Below, one piece after another: positions 31,004-40,219 of a stretch of DNA of 64,000 bases. The position numbers and the translations under genes were made by a program. Each line of letters starts with the position of its first letter. Within the stretch, counting starts at the first letter, position 1. The stretch is from Gammaproteobacteria bacterium (GTDB lineage Bacteria; Pseudomonadota; Gammaproteobacteria; Eutrophobiales; Eutrophobiaceae): contig CBDAPU010000001.1 in assembly GCA_965198875.1 (NCBI GenBank), positions 643,146 through 707,145 on the forward strand. Direction: 5' to 3'. The notes below the pieces were generated by a model that made no database searches, was not told the origin of the DNA, and worked only from the letters and a program-made list of their open reading frames with translations.

Positions 31004-31666
31004 ATGCCGCCCGCCTCAGGGAAAAACAACCGCTGGTTTAGCGATAAGGATGATATGGACGACTACCTGCCCCTCTCCGCCCTGCAACACTGCGCCTATT
31101 GCCCGCGCCAGTTTGCGCTGATCCATGTTGAACGGGCCTGGGCGGAAAACCGCTTCACCGCCGAGGGACGTATTCTGCACGAGCGGGTGGATTCGGGCGG
31201 GCGGGAACAGCGCGGCACCTTGCGTTACGAGCGCAGTGTCCAGTTGGTTTCCGAGCGCTATCGCATCCAGGGCAAAATGGACTTGCTGGAAATCGAGTGC
31301 ACCGAGCCGCCGCGTTATTTCCCCGTTGAATACAAACGCGGCAAGCCCAAGCTGGAAGACTGGGACAAAATACAACTCTGCGCCCAGGCGCTCTGTATTG
31401 AGGAGATGAAAAACACGCAGGTGACGGAAGGCGCTATCTGGTACTGGCAGGTGCGGCGGCGCGAGGCCGTGGCGCTGGACGACAGCCTTCGACAGGCCAC
31501 GCTCAGCACCATCGAACAAGCCGCCAAGATCCTCGCCAGTGGCCGCACCCCGCCACCCATCAACAACAAGAAACTGTGTCGCGCCTGCTCCCTGGTCGAC
31601 CTCTGCCAGCCACACGCCTTCCGGCAGGACTGGTCGGCGCGCTATATGGCGCAGTTGGGCGAATGA
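31004..31666 (+). CDS. cas4: Cas4 RecB-like nuclease with Fe-S cluster (possible start at 31055)
   Basis: N-terminal Cys (HCAYCPRQF) and the C-terminal CRACSLVDLC cluster cysteines. Confidence 0.85.
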   Translation: MPPASGKNNRWFSDKDDMDDYLPLSALQHCAYCPRQFALIHVERAWAENRFTAEGRILHERVDSGGREQRGTLRYERSVQLVSERYRIQGKMDLLEIECTEPPRYFPVEYKRGKPKLEDWDKIQLCAQALCIEEMKNTQVTEGAIWYWQVRRREAVALDDSLRQATLSTIEQAAKILASGRTPPPINNKKLCRACSLVDLCQPHAFRQDWSARYMAQLGE

Positions 31667-32679
31667 AAAAACTGCTCAATACCCTCTACATCACCCGCCA
31701 GGAAAGCTATCTGCACAAGGAGCGGGAAACCATCGTCATCAAACAGGGCGATGAAAAACTGGGACAGTTTCCGGCGATCAATATCGCCAATATTCTCTGC
31801 TTTGGCCAGGTCTCGGTATCGCCGTTTTTAATGGGCTACTGTGCCGAAAACAACATCGGCCTGAGCTTTTATACCGAATATGGCCGTTATCTGGCCCGCG
31901 TGGCAGGCAAACCGGTGGGCAATGTGTTGTTGCGAAGAGCGCAGTATCGCTGGGCGGATAATGAGGCGCAGTGCAATGCCATTGCCCGCCTGATGGTTGC
32001 GGCAAAAATCGCCAACAGTCGCCAGGTGCTGCAACGGGAAATACGCAACCACGGACAGAACCCGAGCCTGACCGAGGCCATCGACAAACTTTCCGTCAGT
32101 TGCCGCTGGGCCAAACAGGCCGGACGTGTCGACGAAGCCCGAGGTATGGAAGGCGAAGCGGCGGCGGTGTATTTCGGCGTCTTTCACGAACTGGTGCGCA
32201 GGCCGGAATTTACCTTTGCCGGTCGGGTTCGTCGCCCGCCGACGGACCCGGTCAATGCCCTGCTGTCGTTCACTTACTCACTGATCACGCAAGAATGCAT
32301 CTCCGCACTGGTCGGTGTCGGGCTCGACCCCTACGTCGGCTTTCTCCACAAAGACCGCCCCGGGCGGGCCAGCCTGGCGCTGGATTTACTGGAGGAGTTC
32401 AGAGCACCCTGGGCGGATCGTTTTGTACTGACGCTGATCAACCGCAACCAACTGGCTTTACAGGATTTTGTCACCGAAGCGGGCGGCGCGGTGCGTCTCG
32501 CTGATGAGGCCAGAAAGCAATTTCTCGCCGCCTACCAGGAGCGCAAGCAGGTGGAGATCATGCACCCTTACTTAAAAGAGTCGATTGCCGTCGGCTTGTT
32601 GCCGCATTGTCAGGCGATGCTGTTAGCGCGACACATTCGCGGCGATACAGCATACTACCCACCCTTTCTGGCCAAATGA
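31663..32679 (+). CDS. cas1: Cas1 integrase (the ORF-track start at 31576 is probably too long)
   Basis: MKKLLNTLYITRQESYL is a typical Cas1 N-terminus. ATGA overlap with the cas4 stop. Confidence 0.9.
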   Translation: MKKLLNTLYITRQESYLHKERETIVIKQGDEKLGQFPAINIANILCFGQVSVSPFLMGYCAENNIGLSFYTEYGRYLARVAGKPVGNVLLRRAQYRWADNEAQCNAIARLMVAAKIANSRQVLQREIRNHGQNPSLTEAIDKLSVSCRWAKQAGRVDEARGMEGEAAAVYFGVFHELVRRPEFTFAGRVRRPPTDPVNALLSFTYSLITQECISALVGVGLDPYVGFLHKDRPGRASLALDLLEEFRAPWADRFVLTLINRNQLALQDFVTEAGGAVRLADEARKQFLAAYQERKQVEIMHPYLKESIAVGLLPHCQAMLLARHIRGDTAYYPPFLAK

Positions 32680-32972
32680 TGCTGGTTCTGGTCACCTATG
32701 ACGTCAGTGTGATTTCTGCAGGCGGGCAGCGGCGCCTTCGGAACATTGCCAAAGTATGCCTTGACTATGGCGTGCGCGTGCAGAACTCCGTCTTCGAATG
32801 CGAAGTGGAACCGGCGCAGTTCACCGCCTTCAAAGCTGAACTGGAAGCGCTGTATAATCCGGCGGAGGACAGCCTGCGCTTTTATTTTTTGGGCAAAAAC
32901 GGCAGACAACGAGTCGAACACCTGGGCGCCAAAGCCGTCGCTGATCCCCTGCGGGACAAACTGATTCTGTAA
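32676..32972 (+). CDS. cas2: Cas2
   Basis: MMLVLVTYDVS is a typical Cas2 start. ATGA overlap with the cas1 stop. Confidence 0.85.
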   Translation: MMLVLVTYDVSVISAGGQRRLRNIAKVCLDYGVRVQNSVFECEVEPAQFTAFKAELEALYNPAEDSLRFYFLGKNGRQRVEHLGAKAVADPLRDKLIL

Positions 32973-33149
32973 GCGCTAACCTGTGGTGCTCAAGGGTTAA
33001 TAGGGTGGTTAGCGGAGCTGTAAGTATCTGTTCTTTAAAAAAATATTTGCATGACGGCTGAGTAGCGTCTCTTTCTAGTCGACGTTGGCCATCATGTTAG
33101 CGGACAAGTTGGAATTTGCTTAAAGAAATTATTGTGTTATGTTCACGCG
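32973..33149 (+). promoter_or_regulatory. CRISPR leader (AT-rich)
   Basis: AT-rich 177-bp region between cas2 and the first repeat. Repeat orientation, with GAAAC at the 3' end, fits + strand transcription. Confidence 0.5.
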
Positions 33150-34667
33150 GTCGCGCCCCTCGCGGGCGCGTGGATTGAAACGGATTGATTAAAGAATGGT
33201 GGGGGGGCATAGACTGTCGCGCCCCTCGCGGGCGCGTGGATTGAAACTTAGACAAGATCACAAACCCAACACCAATCGGCGGTCGCGCCCCTCGCGGGCG
33301 CGTGGATTGAAACCCCATCCACCTGCACCACCAGAATTGCCTAAATGAGTCGCGCCCCTCGCGGGCGCGTGGATTGAAACCCCCAGTCAAGGCTATTTGC
33401 ATGACTGGATAACCGTCGCGCCCCTCGCGGGCGCGTGGATTGAAACAGATTAAAAGTTTCGGCGACAGATCCGGGCTGGAGTCGCGCCCCTCGCGGGCGC
33501 GTGGATTGAAACTGATCGTGAGCAAAAGGATATGCCTGAAATCATCGTCGCGCCCCTCGCGGGCGCGTGGATTGAAACCTGCAAAACATTTAATGGCTTA
33601 TATGCTGATAGGCTGTCGCGCCCCTCGCGGGCGCGTGGATTGAAACTTATCTCCTCTTGGTTAATGTTTATTTTCTTCGGTCGCGCCCCTCGCGGGCGCG
33701 TGGATTGAAACATCCTTGTTTATGATTTCAGGAACCCATTCTGAAAGTCGCGCCCCTCGCGGGCGCGTGGATTGAAACAATAAGAGTTATGGCGCAGTCT
33801 GGCATCGGTTTAAGTCGCGCCCCTCGCGGGCGCGTGGATTGAAACCGTCACTACAGGCGTTAATGACTTTCTGCAACTAGTCGCGCCCCTCGCGGGCGCG
33901 TGGATTGAAACAATCGTGCGCTTCATGGACGGCCATAATCTCGACGGTCGCGCCCCTCGCGGGCGCGTGGATTGAAACCCCCAGTCAAGGCTATTTGCAT
34001 GACTGGATAACCGTCGCGCCCCTCGCGGGCGCGTGGATTGAAACCATCAAGGCAACTGGGAGTTATTGCGGGCAACGGGTCGCGCCCCTCGCGGGCGCGT
34101 GGATTGAAACGCTATCCGAGCAGGCCATAAATCCTAAGAGCAAAGTCGCGCCCCTCGCGGGCGCGTGGATTGAAACAATCCAGTTGTCAATCGACCTGTC
34201 GCAGAAAACCGTCGCGCCCCTCGCGGGCGCGTGGATTGAAACAGGGAAGGATCGCTGGCTAAACACTTGAAGAGAAGTCGCGCCCCTCGCGGGCGCGTGG
34301 ATTGAAACACTTTTGATCAGTTTTAAAACAAAAAAAAGCAGTGTCGCGCCCCTCGCGGGCGCGTGGATTGAAACAATCGTGCGCTTCATGGACGGCCATA
34401 ATCTCGACGGTCGCGCCCCTCGCGGGCGCGTGGATTGAAACCCTCGCGGGCGCGTGGATTGAAACAATCGCCCTTAATTCAACTGTTCTCAACATATCTA
34501 TAGGTCGCGCCCCTCGCGGGCGCGTGGATTGAAACTTAACACTAACCTTATGAGCAGGTCGCCGCAGTCGTCGCGCCCCTCGCGGGCGCGTGGATTGAAA
34601 CTGCTCTCGGACTCTCAATCTGTCAACATCCTCCTGTCGCGCCCCTCGCGGGCGCGTGGATTGAAAC
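33150..34667 (+). CRISPR. Type I-C CRISPR array: 23 copies of the 32-bp repeat GTCGCGCCCCTCGCGGGCGCGTGGATTGAAAC plus one 24-nt truncated repeat
   Basis: Repeats begin at 33150, 33216, 33282, 33349, 33415, 33481, 33547, 33615, 33680, 33747, 33814, 33880, 33947, 34013, 34079, 34145, 34211, 34277, 34343, 34410, 34504, 34570 and 34636. The partial repeat is at 34442-34465. Spacers are 33-38 bp. Spacer 4 equals spacer 13, and spacer 12 equals spacer 19. Confidence 0.97.
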
Positions 34668-37536
34668 TTGAACCGGCAACAGCGCCCCGGCGGCTACCTG
34701 TACCGGTCGGGCGGTGCGGCGACCGCCACCGCCACCGGGCACTGAGCCGGACAGACGTTGATTGACCACGGTGTTGACCGTAGTGGACAGCGCCCCCACT
34801 GAGGCCTCCTGGGCGGCCGGGCCGGTGGGGTCGACAAAGAGATAGGCGTTCACCTCGGCCGGGGCGTCGCCTGCGGCATTCAGTGGCGTTATCTCACCCC
34901 CATAGGTGCGGGAGAGCTCGGCGGCTATCTGCACGTTATCGGCCGGTGGGGGTGGGGTCGGGGTGGCTGTGTCGGTGTCCGTATCTGTACCACCTGCACC
35001 TGCACTGCTGTCGGGTTGTCCGCCGCCCATCATATCAGCGTCACCGTCGGCGCCGTCCGTGCCATCGGCGCCGCCCATAGCGTCAGGGTCGGGCATGCCT
35101 TGTGATGGGTCATCCACATAGGCGATGAGGGTTCTCATCGCCCCCGTTGTCTCGATCTCTTCCATCCGGATCACCGGCAGGTTGGCCAGGAGCGCATCCT
35201 CTCCATTGACTACCTCAAAGTTGGTGTAGCGGAAGATTGTCGTGGCGGAGGGGTCGGTGAAGATATTCAAGCCATCCAGGGTGTCCATGCCCGCCCCGCC
35301 ATCGGCCAGACCCATGAAGCGCACATCGGCGCTGGCGAAGGTGAGAGTATCATCGCCTTCACCCAAGTTAATATCGCCGGTGATGCTGGCGTTGCCCTCC
35401 AGGGTGATCTCATCATTCCCCGCCCCGGTGTCGATGTCGCCCATGACAGAACCGCCCATGTTGATGTTGATGGCGTCATCACCGCCACCGCCGTCAAGGT
35501 TGCCGTTAAAGGCGGTGGCGATGGTGAAGGCGTCCGTTAAGTCGCCGCCGATGAGGTTCTCAATGCCGGTGAAGCCGCCGCCGATGAGGGTGTTGCCCGC
35601 ACCGTCCGCTAACTGCCCGCTGTTATTGCCCGTGAGGGTGAAGGTGTTGCCGTCATTATCACCTTGCAGGGTGTCATCTCCCATCCCGCCCTCAAGGTTG
35701 CCGGTGATCTCGCCCGCATCCTCAAAGGTGAAGGTATCATCACCCTCTCCGCCTGAGATCGAGTCCATTTGTGCATTGATGATGAAGGCGTCATCGCCGG
35801 CCTCGCCTTCGGCTGATCTGACCTCGGCATTGATGTTGAAGACGTCATTGCCTGCGCCGCCGGCAGCAAACAAATTAATGTTCGCCACGTTGATGTTGAA
35901 GGTATCCACCCCACTGCCGCCGATGAGGTCATCAAAGCCGCTGAAGGTGAGGGTATCGGCCTGCCCGGCGCGCATCACCGCGTAGGTGTTGTTTGCGTCC
36001 AGGGTCCAGGTGGCGGTGGTGTTATCGCCTCGAAGTTGATTGACGTTGTTTGCATCGGCCGTGAGCCGATCGATGTCGAAAAAGCCACCGGTGATCCCCG
36101 TTGCCAGGCCACTGAAACCATCCGCATCATTGCCGGTCACGGTGATGATGATCTCCTCTGTGCTGGCGCTGTAGATAAGGTGATCAGCGCCCGCCCCGCC
36201 GATGATGTCGCCGGTGATGCTGGCGGTATCCGCTAAGGTGAAGGTATCCGCATCATCGCCGCCACCGCCAAGAACATCGCCCGTTACAGCACCGCCCATG
36301 TTGATGTTGATGCGGTCGTTGCCGTCTCCGCCAGCAACATTGCCCATGAGTGTTTCGGCAATATTGAAGGTGTCCGCCCCATCGCCGCCAACAACATTGC
36401 CCATGAGGGTGGCATTGATGGTGAAGGTATCCATCCCGCCACCGCCGTCAAGATCCCCGCTGTGGTCGGCAGTGATGGTGAAGGTGTCCATCATGTTGCC
36501 GCCACTCAAGTTCTCAATGCCAGTGAAGGCGCCGCCGATTTTGTCCATCAGCGTACCCTCGCCATTGCCCGTGAGGGTGAAGGTGTTGCCGTCATCATCG
36601 CCTTGCAGGGTATCCGTGCCCATCCCGCCGTCCAGGTTGCCGGTGAGACTGCCGGCATCTTCAAAGGTGAAGGTATCCGCTCCGGCCCCGCCGGTGAGGT
36701 TTTCGATGCCAGTGAAGCCGGGGATGTTGGGGTCGGTCAGGGGGCCGACCACGGGGTTACCCAGGCGGTCCGTCAACTGCCCCTCGTTCATGCCGGTGAG
36801 GGTAAACCGGCCGCCCGTGTCGGCGGCAATCAGGGCGTCATTGCCCGCACCGCCTATCAGTACGCTAAGTACGGAAGCGGCTGCCATAGTACCGAACTTG
36901 CCATCCGGGCCCAGGGTGAAGGCGTCATCACCATCGCCGCCTACGACCAAGAAGGCTTCGGCATTGATGTTGATCTCATCATTACCGCCGCCGCCATTAA
37001 CAGTAGACCGCATAGTTTGAGCGTTGATGTTGATGGTGTCGACTCCATCGCCGCCGGTGAATTGTCCAAAGGTAGCGAACGCCAGGCTGTGCCCGCCCGC
37101 CACGTAGGTGTTACCCGCCATCTCCAGGCTCCAGGTGGCGGCGGTGTTGTAGCCCATCAATATGGCGCTAATTCTGCCAGTTAGCTGATCGACGCCGGTA
37201 AAGCCGCCGGTGATGGCCGTTGCCGTGCCGCTAAAGCCGTCCGCATCGCCGGCGGTTAAGTTGATGTTGATAAAGCCTGTCCTCGCGCTGTAGTCGAGGT
37301 GGTCATTGCCTGCGCCGCCGTTGAGGCTGCCGGTGATCTCGCCGCCGTCTTCAAAGGTGAAGGTATCATCACCGGCGGCACCGGCAACATCGCCGTTGAT
37401 CGGGGTGTCGATGGTGCGGTTTACGGCTTGCGCCTGCTGCGCCTGCAGGCCCGGGCTACTCAGGGCGGTGATGAGCGCGAGGCAGAGGCAAAGCAGGGGT
37501 TGACATGGTTGGCGAATTATGCGGGGGGGGGGGCAT
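34623..37536 (-). CDS. large RTX-like (GGxGxD Ca-binding repeat) secreted protein. The open frame 34623..37160 continues upstream to an ATG at 37536 only if the G11 tract changes length, so the gene is either phase-variable or a pseudogene.
   Basis: Dozens of GGAGxD(T/A)(F/L) repeats. In the same frame upstream of 37160 a signal-peptide-like segment (PLLCLCLALITALSSPGLQAQQAQA) is encoded, with no start codon. ATGs at 37536 and 37557 are out of frame by +1, across a homopolymer. Confidence 0.6.
37523..37533. repeat. homopolymeric G11 tract (C11 on the coding strand) immediately after the ATG of the RTX-like gene
   Basis: Read directly from the sequence. With 10 G (or 13 G) the ATG at 37536 joins the long ORF. 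With 11 G it does not. Confidence 0.9.
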
Positions 37537-38214
37537 ATTACCGGCGGTGTTCGTCATGGTGCTGATCCTCCTGTTGCGTGCAAGTGAGATGGACATGCTG
37601 TGTTACTGCTCTTCGCTGGTTTTGGGGCGGGCATGGGCTCGGCATTTGCCTGCGCTTGTCCGGCCTGATTATTCGCCCTGTTAGCGGCGCACAGTGTAGC
37701 AGAAGTGAAGGCGGGCTAAAACCTTTCATCCGAGAGGGCGGACGGCGCCTTTATCGCCCCACTTCCTCAGGGGTTCCCCGGCGATGGCATGGTGTTATCT
37801 GTGCCGATATGGGCGGCTTCCTGAGACATCTCAACGGCGGGCACAGGCCATAAAGCAACGGCAAAGCGGCGCGCCGCACTCGCTGAGAGGCCGACATTGG
37901 CGCTACCGAGGCGAGCGCATCGCCACCGCCCGTTTATCTTTGATGAAGAGGGCGTTTTCAGGGCGATGGGGGCGGTTGGTTAAAGAGCAGCGAACAGGGC
38001 GCCATTCGCCCGTTATCGTCACCCGGATCCGCATATTTTTGACCAATCCACCGCCGATCATGACGGATTATTTTATCTAACAGCTTGTTTTATAAGGCTA
38101 ATTACATTTTTTTCGTGTTTTAATAAAAAAAATAGCAAATATTTGTTGCATCGCACAATCGTCCAGGTTATGATGCGCCGCAACATAAACAAACCAACAG
38201 GAGAGCGACAGATC

Positions 38215-38559
38215 ATGAACGCACAAGTGGAGAAGTATTTTGAACCGGTGAAGCAGTTGAACGCCCTGGCTATCGAGAACGTTGAGAAGTTCATCGACGT
38301 GCAGCTAAAGGCGTTAAAAGACAACACCAAGATCGGCGTTGAGCAATTAAAATCAGCCAGCGAGATCAAAGATGTTGAAGGCTTGAAGACCTATCTCACC
38401 AACCAGGCCGAGATCGCCAAAACGGTGAGCGAGCGTTTCGTGAAAGACGCCCAAACCGCCATTGAGCTGGGCACAAGCTACAGCAATGAGGTGCAAAACG
38501 TCATCAACGACGCCATCAACACTTCAACCACGAAGACGGCGACGCAAAAGAAAGGGTAA
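38215..38559 (+). CDS. phasin-family protein (PHA granule-associated)
   Basis: Sequence MNAQVEKYFEPVKQLNALAIENVEKFIDVQLKAL is typical of phasins. phaC lies elsewhere in the window. Confidence 0.7.
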   Translation: MNAQVEKYFEPVKQLNALAIENVEKFIDVQLKALKDNTKIGVEQLKSASEIKDVEGLKTYLTNQAEIAKTVSERFVKDAQTAIELGTSYSNEVQNVINDAINTSTTKTATQKKG

Positions 38560-38639
38560 GGCTGGAAACCTTATTCATCTGCATCAGTCATCCTTCCCCC
38601 TCACCGCCTGAGACCTGTTTCAGGATCAGGCGGTACTTG

Positions 38640-38666
38640 GCCGCCCCACAAGGGGCGGCTTTTTTT
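38640..38666 (+). terminator. rho-independent terminator after the phasin gene
   Basis: GCCGCCCC-ACAA-GGGGCGGC hairpin followed by T7. Confidence 0.6.
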
Positions 38667-39147
38667 ATGCCTGGATGTCGCAAGCCGTCCTCGGTGCTTG
38701 CCTCGTCAGTCTTCTATAACCTATCAAACCACCTCTCCACGGGTAGGCGAACAGGACGGTGAGGGTGTTGTTGTCGGCGCCGACCCGCCTCGCATCTCAC
38801 CATCATGGCCTGACGGCATACTCTCCCCCGCCCCGTCGGCGGTATGAAACAAGGGGCGGATAAAAACCCGCCGGTAGCCCCAGGGGATCTTATCAAGGCG
38901 CACTGGATTGGCCATCCTCCGATCAACATCAAAGGTAGGATTGAAAACACAGGCAAGCGGATCCCGGCTACAGGGGCAAACCGGATCTCGCCGGCGGATA
39001 AAGACTGGCGGCCACCCCGTAGCCAGGGGATTTCAGCTACCCGTTTCATGGGCTTTAATCGGTCAATCTCTGATCCGATATGTGATACATTATTTCCCCG
39101 AGAATGATCCGACATTCCCCGGCAAACAATCGCATGAACCTGATCGA

Positions 39148-39984
39148 ATGAACTCCGCTATCTCGCAACTGATTGATTTCCTCGAGCGCAATCAACCGCT
39201 ATGCGTCTTAACCGGTGCGGGATGCAGCACGGCGTCCGGGATCCCGGATTACCGTGATAGCGATGGGCGCTGGAAACAGACGAAGCCCGTCTACTTTAAC
39301 GATTTCCTGCGCCATGAATCGGCAAGACGGCGCTACTGGATGCGTAGCATGAATGGCTGGCCGGTCATTGACCAGGCCGCACCCAGCGTCACACACCGGG
39401 CTTTAACCACACTTGAGGCGGGTGGCTATGTGAGCCACATCATCACGCAGAATGTCGATGGCCTGCACCAAAAAGCAGGCAGCCGCCAGGTCATCGATCT
39501 ACACGGGAATCTAAAAGACATATTCTGCTTCTCATGCCATGAGCGCAGCTCACGCAGGTGCATGCAGGAAAGGTTGCTGTCCCATAACCCGGATTTTGTC
39601 TCGCCCAATAACGGCCTCGCACCGGATGGGGATATGATCATGGACGATATGAAACACCGTCAATTTAGCATACCGGCATGTCTGTCCTGTGGCGGGATGT
39701 TAAAACCGGACATCGTCTTCTTTGGGGAGTCGGTGCCCAAAGCGCGCGTTGAAACCATCAAGCGGCTGTTAAGCAAGGCCAACGCCATGCTCATTATCGG
39801 CTCATCACTCATGGTCTACTCCGGTTATCGTTTCTGTCGTCTGGCGAGACGTCTTGGCATACCCATGGCCGCCGTCAACAAAGGCAAAACACGGGCCGAT
39901 AGCGAGCTGCTATTTAAGATAGAGCAGGATTGCTGCACGATTTTCGCCGAGATGATCGCAGCGATGGATCGGCAATCCGGTTAG
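39148..39984 (+). CDS. NAD-dependent protein deacylase (Sir2/CobB-family sirtuin)
   Basis: VLTGAGCSTASGIPDYR, QNVDGLH, and the zinc ribbon CFSCH...CLSCGG. Confidence 0.8.
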   Translation: MNSAISQLIDFLERNQPLCVLTGAGCSTASGIPDYRDSDGRWKQTKPVYFNDFLRHESARRRYWMRSMNGWPVIDQAAPSVTHRALTTLEAGGYVSHIITQNVDGLHQKAGSRQVIDLHGNLKDIFCFSCHERSSRRCMQERLLSHNPDFVSPNNGLAPDGDMIMDDMKHRQFSIPACLSCGGMLKPDIVFFGESVPKARVETIKRLLSKANAMLIIGSSLMVYSGYRFCRLARRLGIPMAAVNKGKTRADSELLFKIEQDCCTIFAEMIAAMDRQSG

Positions 39985-40219
39985 TTGAAGGCAACCCCGC
40001 ATCATCCATCCGGGCATTCACCGGGTTTTGCTGATCTCTCATTTTCGATGACTTAAGGCGCCCTGAGACGCTCGTACACCGCACCCTGAGAAGGGGCGCT
40101 GGGGGCGTATAAAATCGGGGCTTTGTTAATGAAATAGTCCGCTATTTTCTTGTAAACTGTTGAAAAAAGAACATTTCTATGCAAAAGCGCGGTTTTATTT
40201 TTAGCCGGAAGATAACAGC

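Noticed and set aside
32973-33015. Inverted repeat CGCTAACC...GGTTAGCG after cas2 as a possible terminator
   Set aside because: The 25-nt loop and absent T-tract make a poor intrinsic terminator. The region is more likely just the start of the leader.
33097-34618. ORF-track proteins inside the CRISPR array (for example 33905..34270 with repeated APLAGAWIET, and 34063..34467 with repeated SIHAPARGAT)
   Set aside because: These are translations of the 32-bp repeat in different frames and strands, not genes.
39148-39984. Sir2-domain protein as a possible anti-phage defence effector (Thoeris or DSR-like)
   Set aside because: The protein has the complete sirtuin zinc-ribbon and catalytic motifs of CobB-type deacylases. 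It has no partner defence genes or extra domains, so it is most likely housekeeping.
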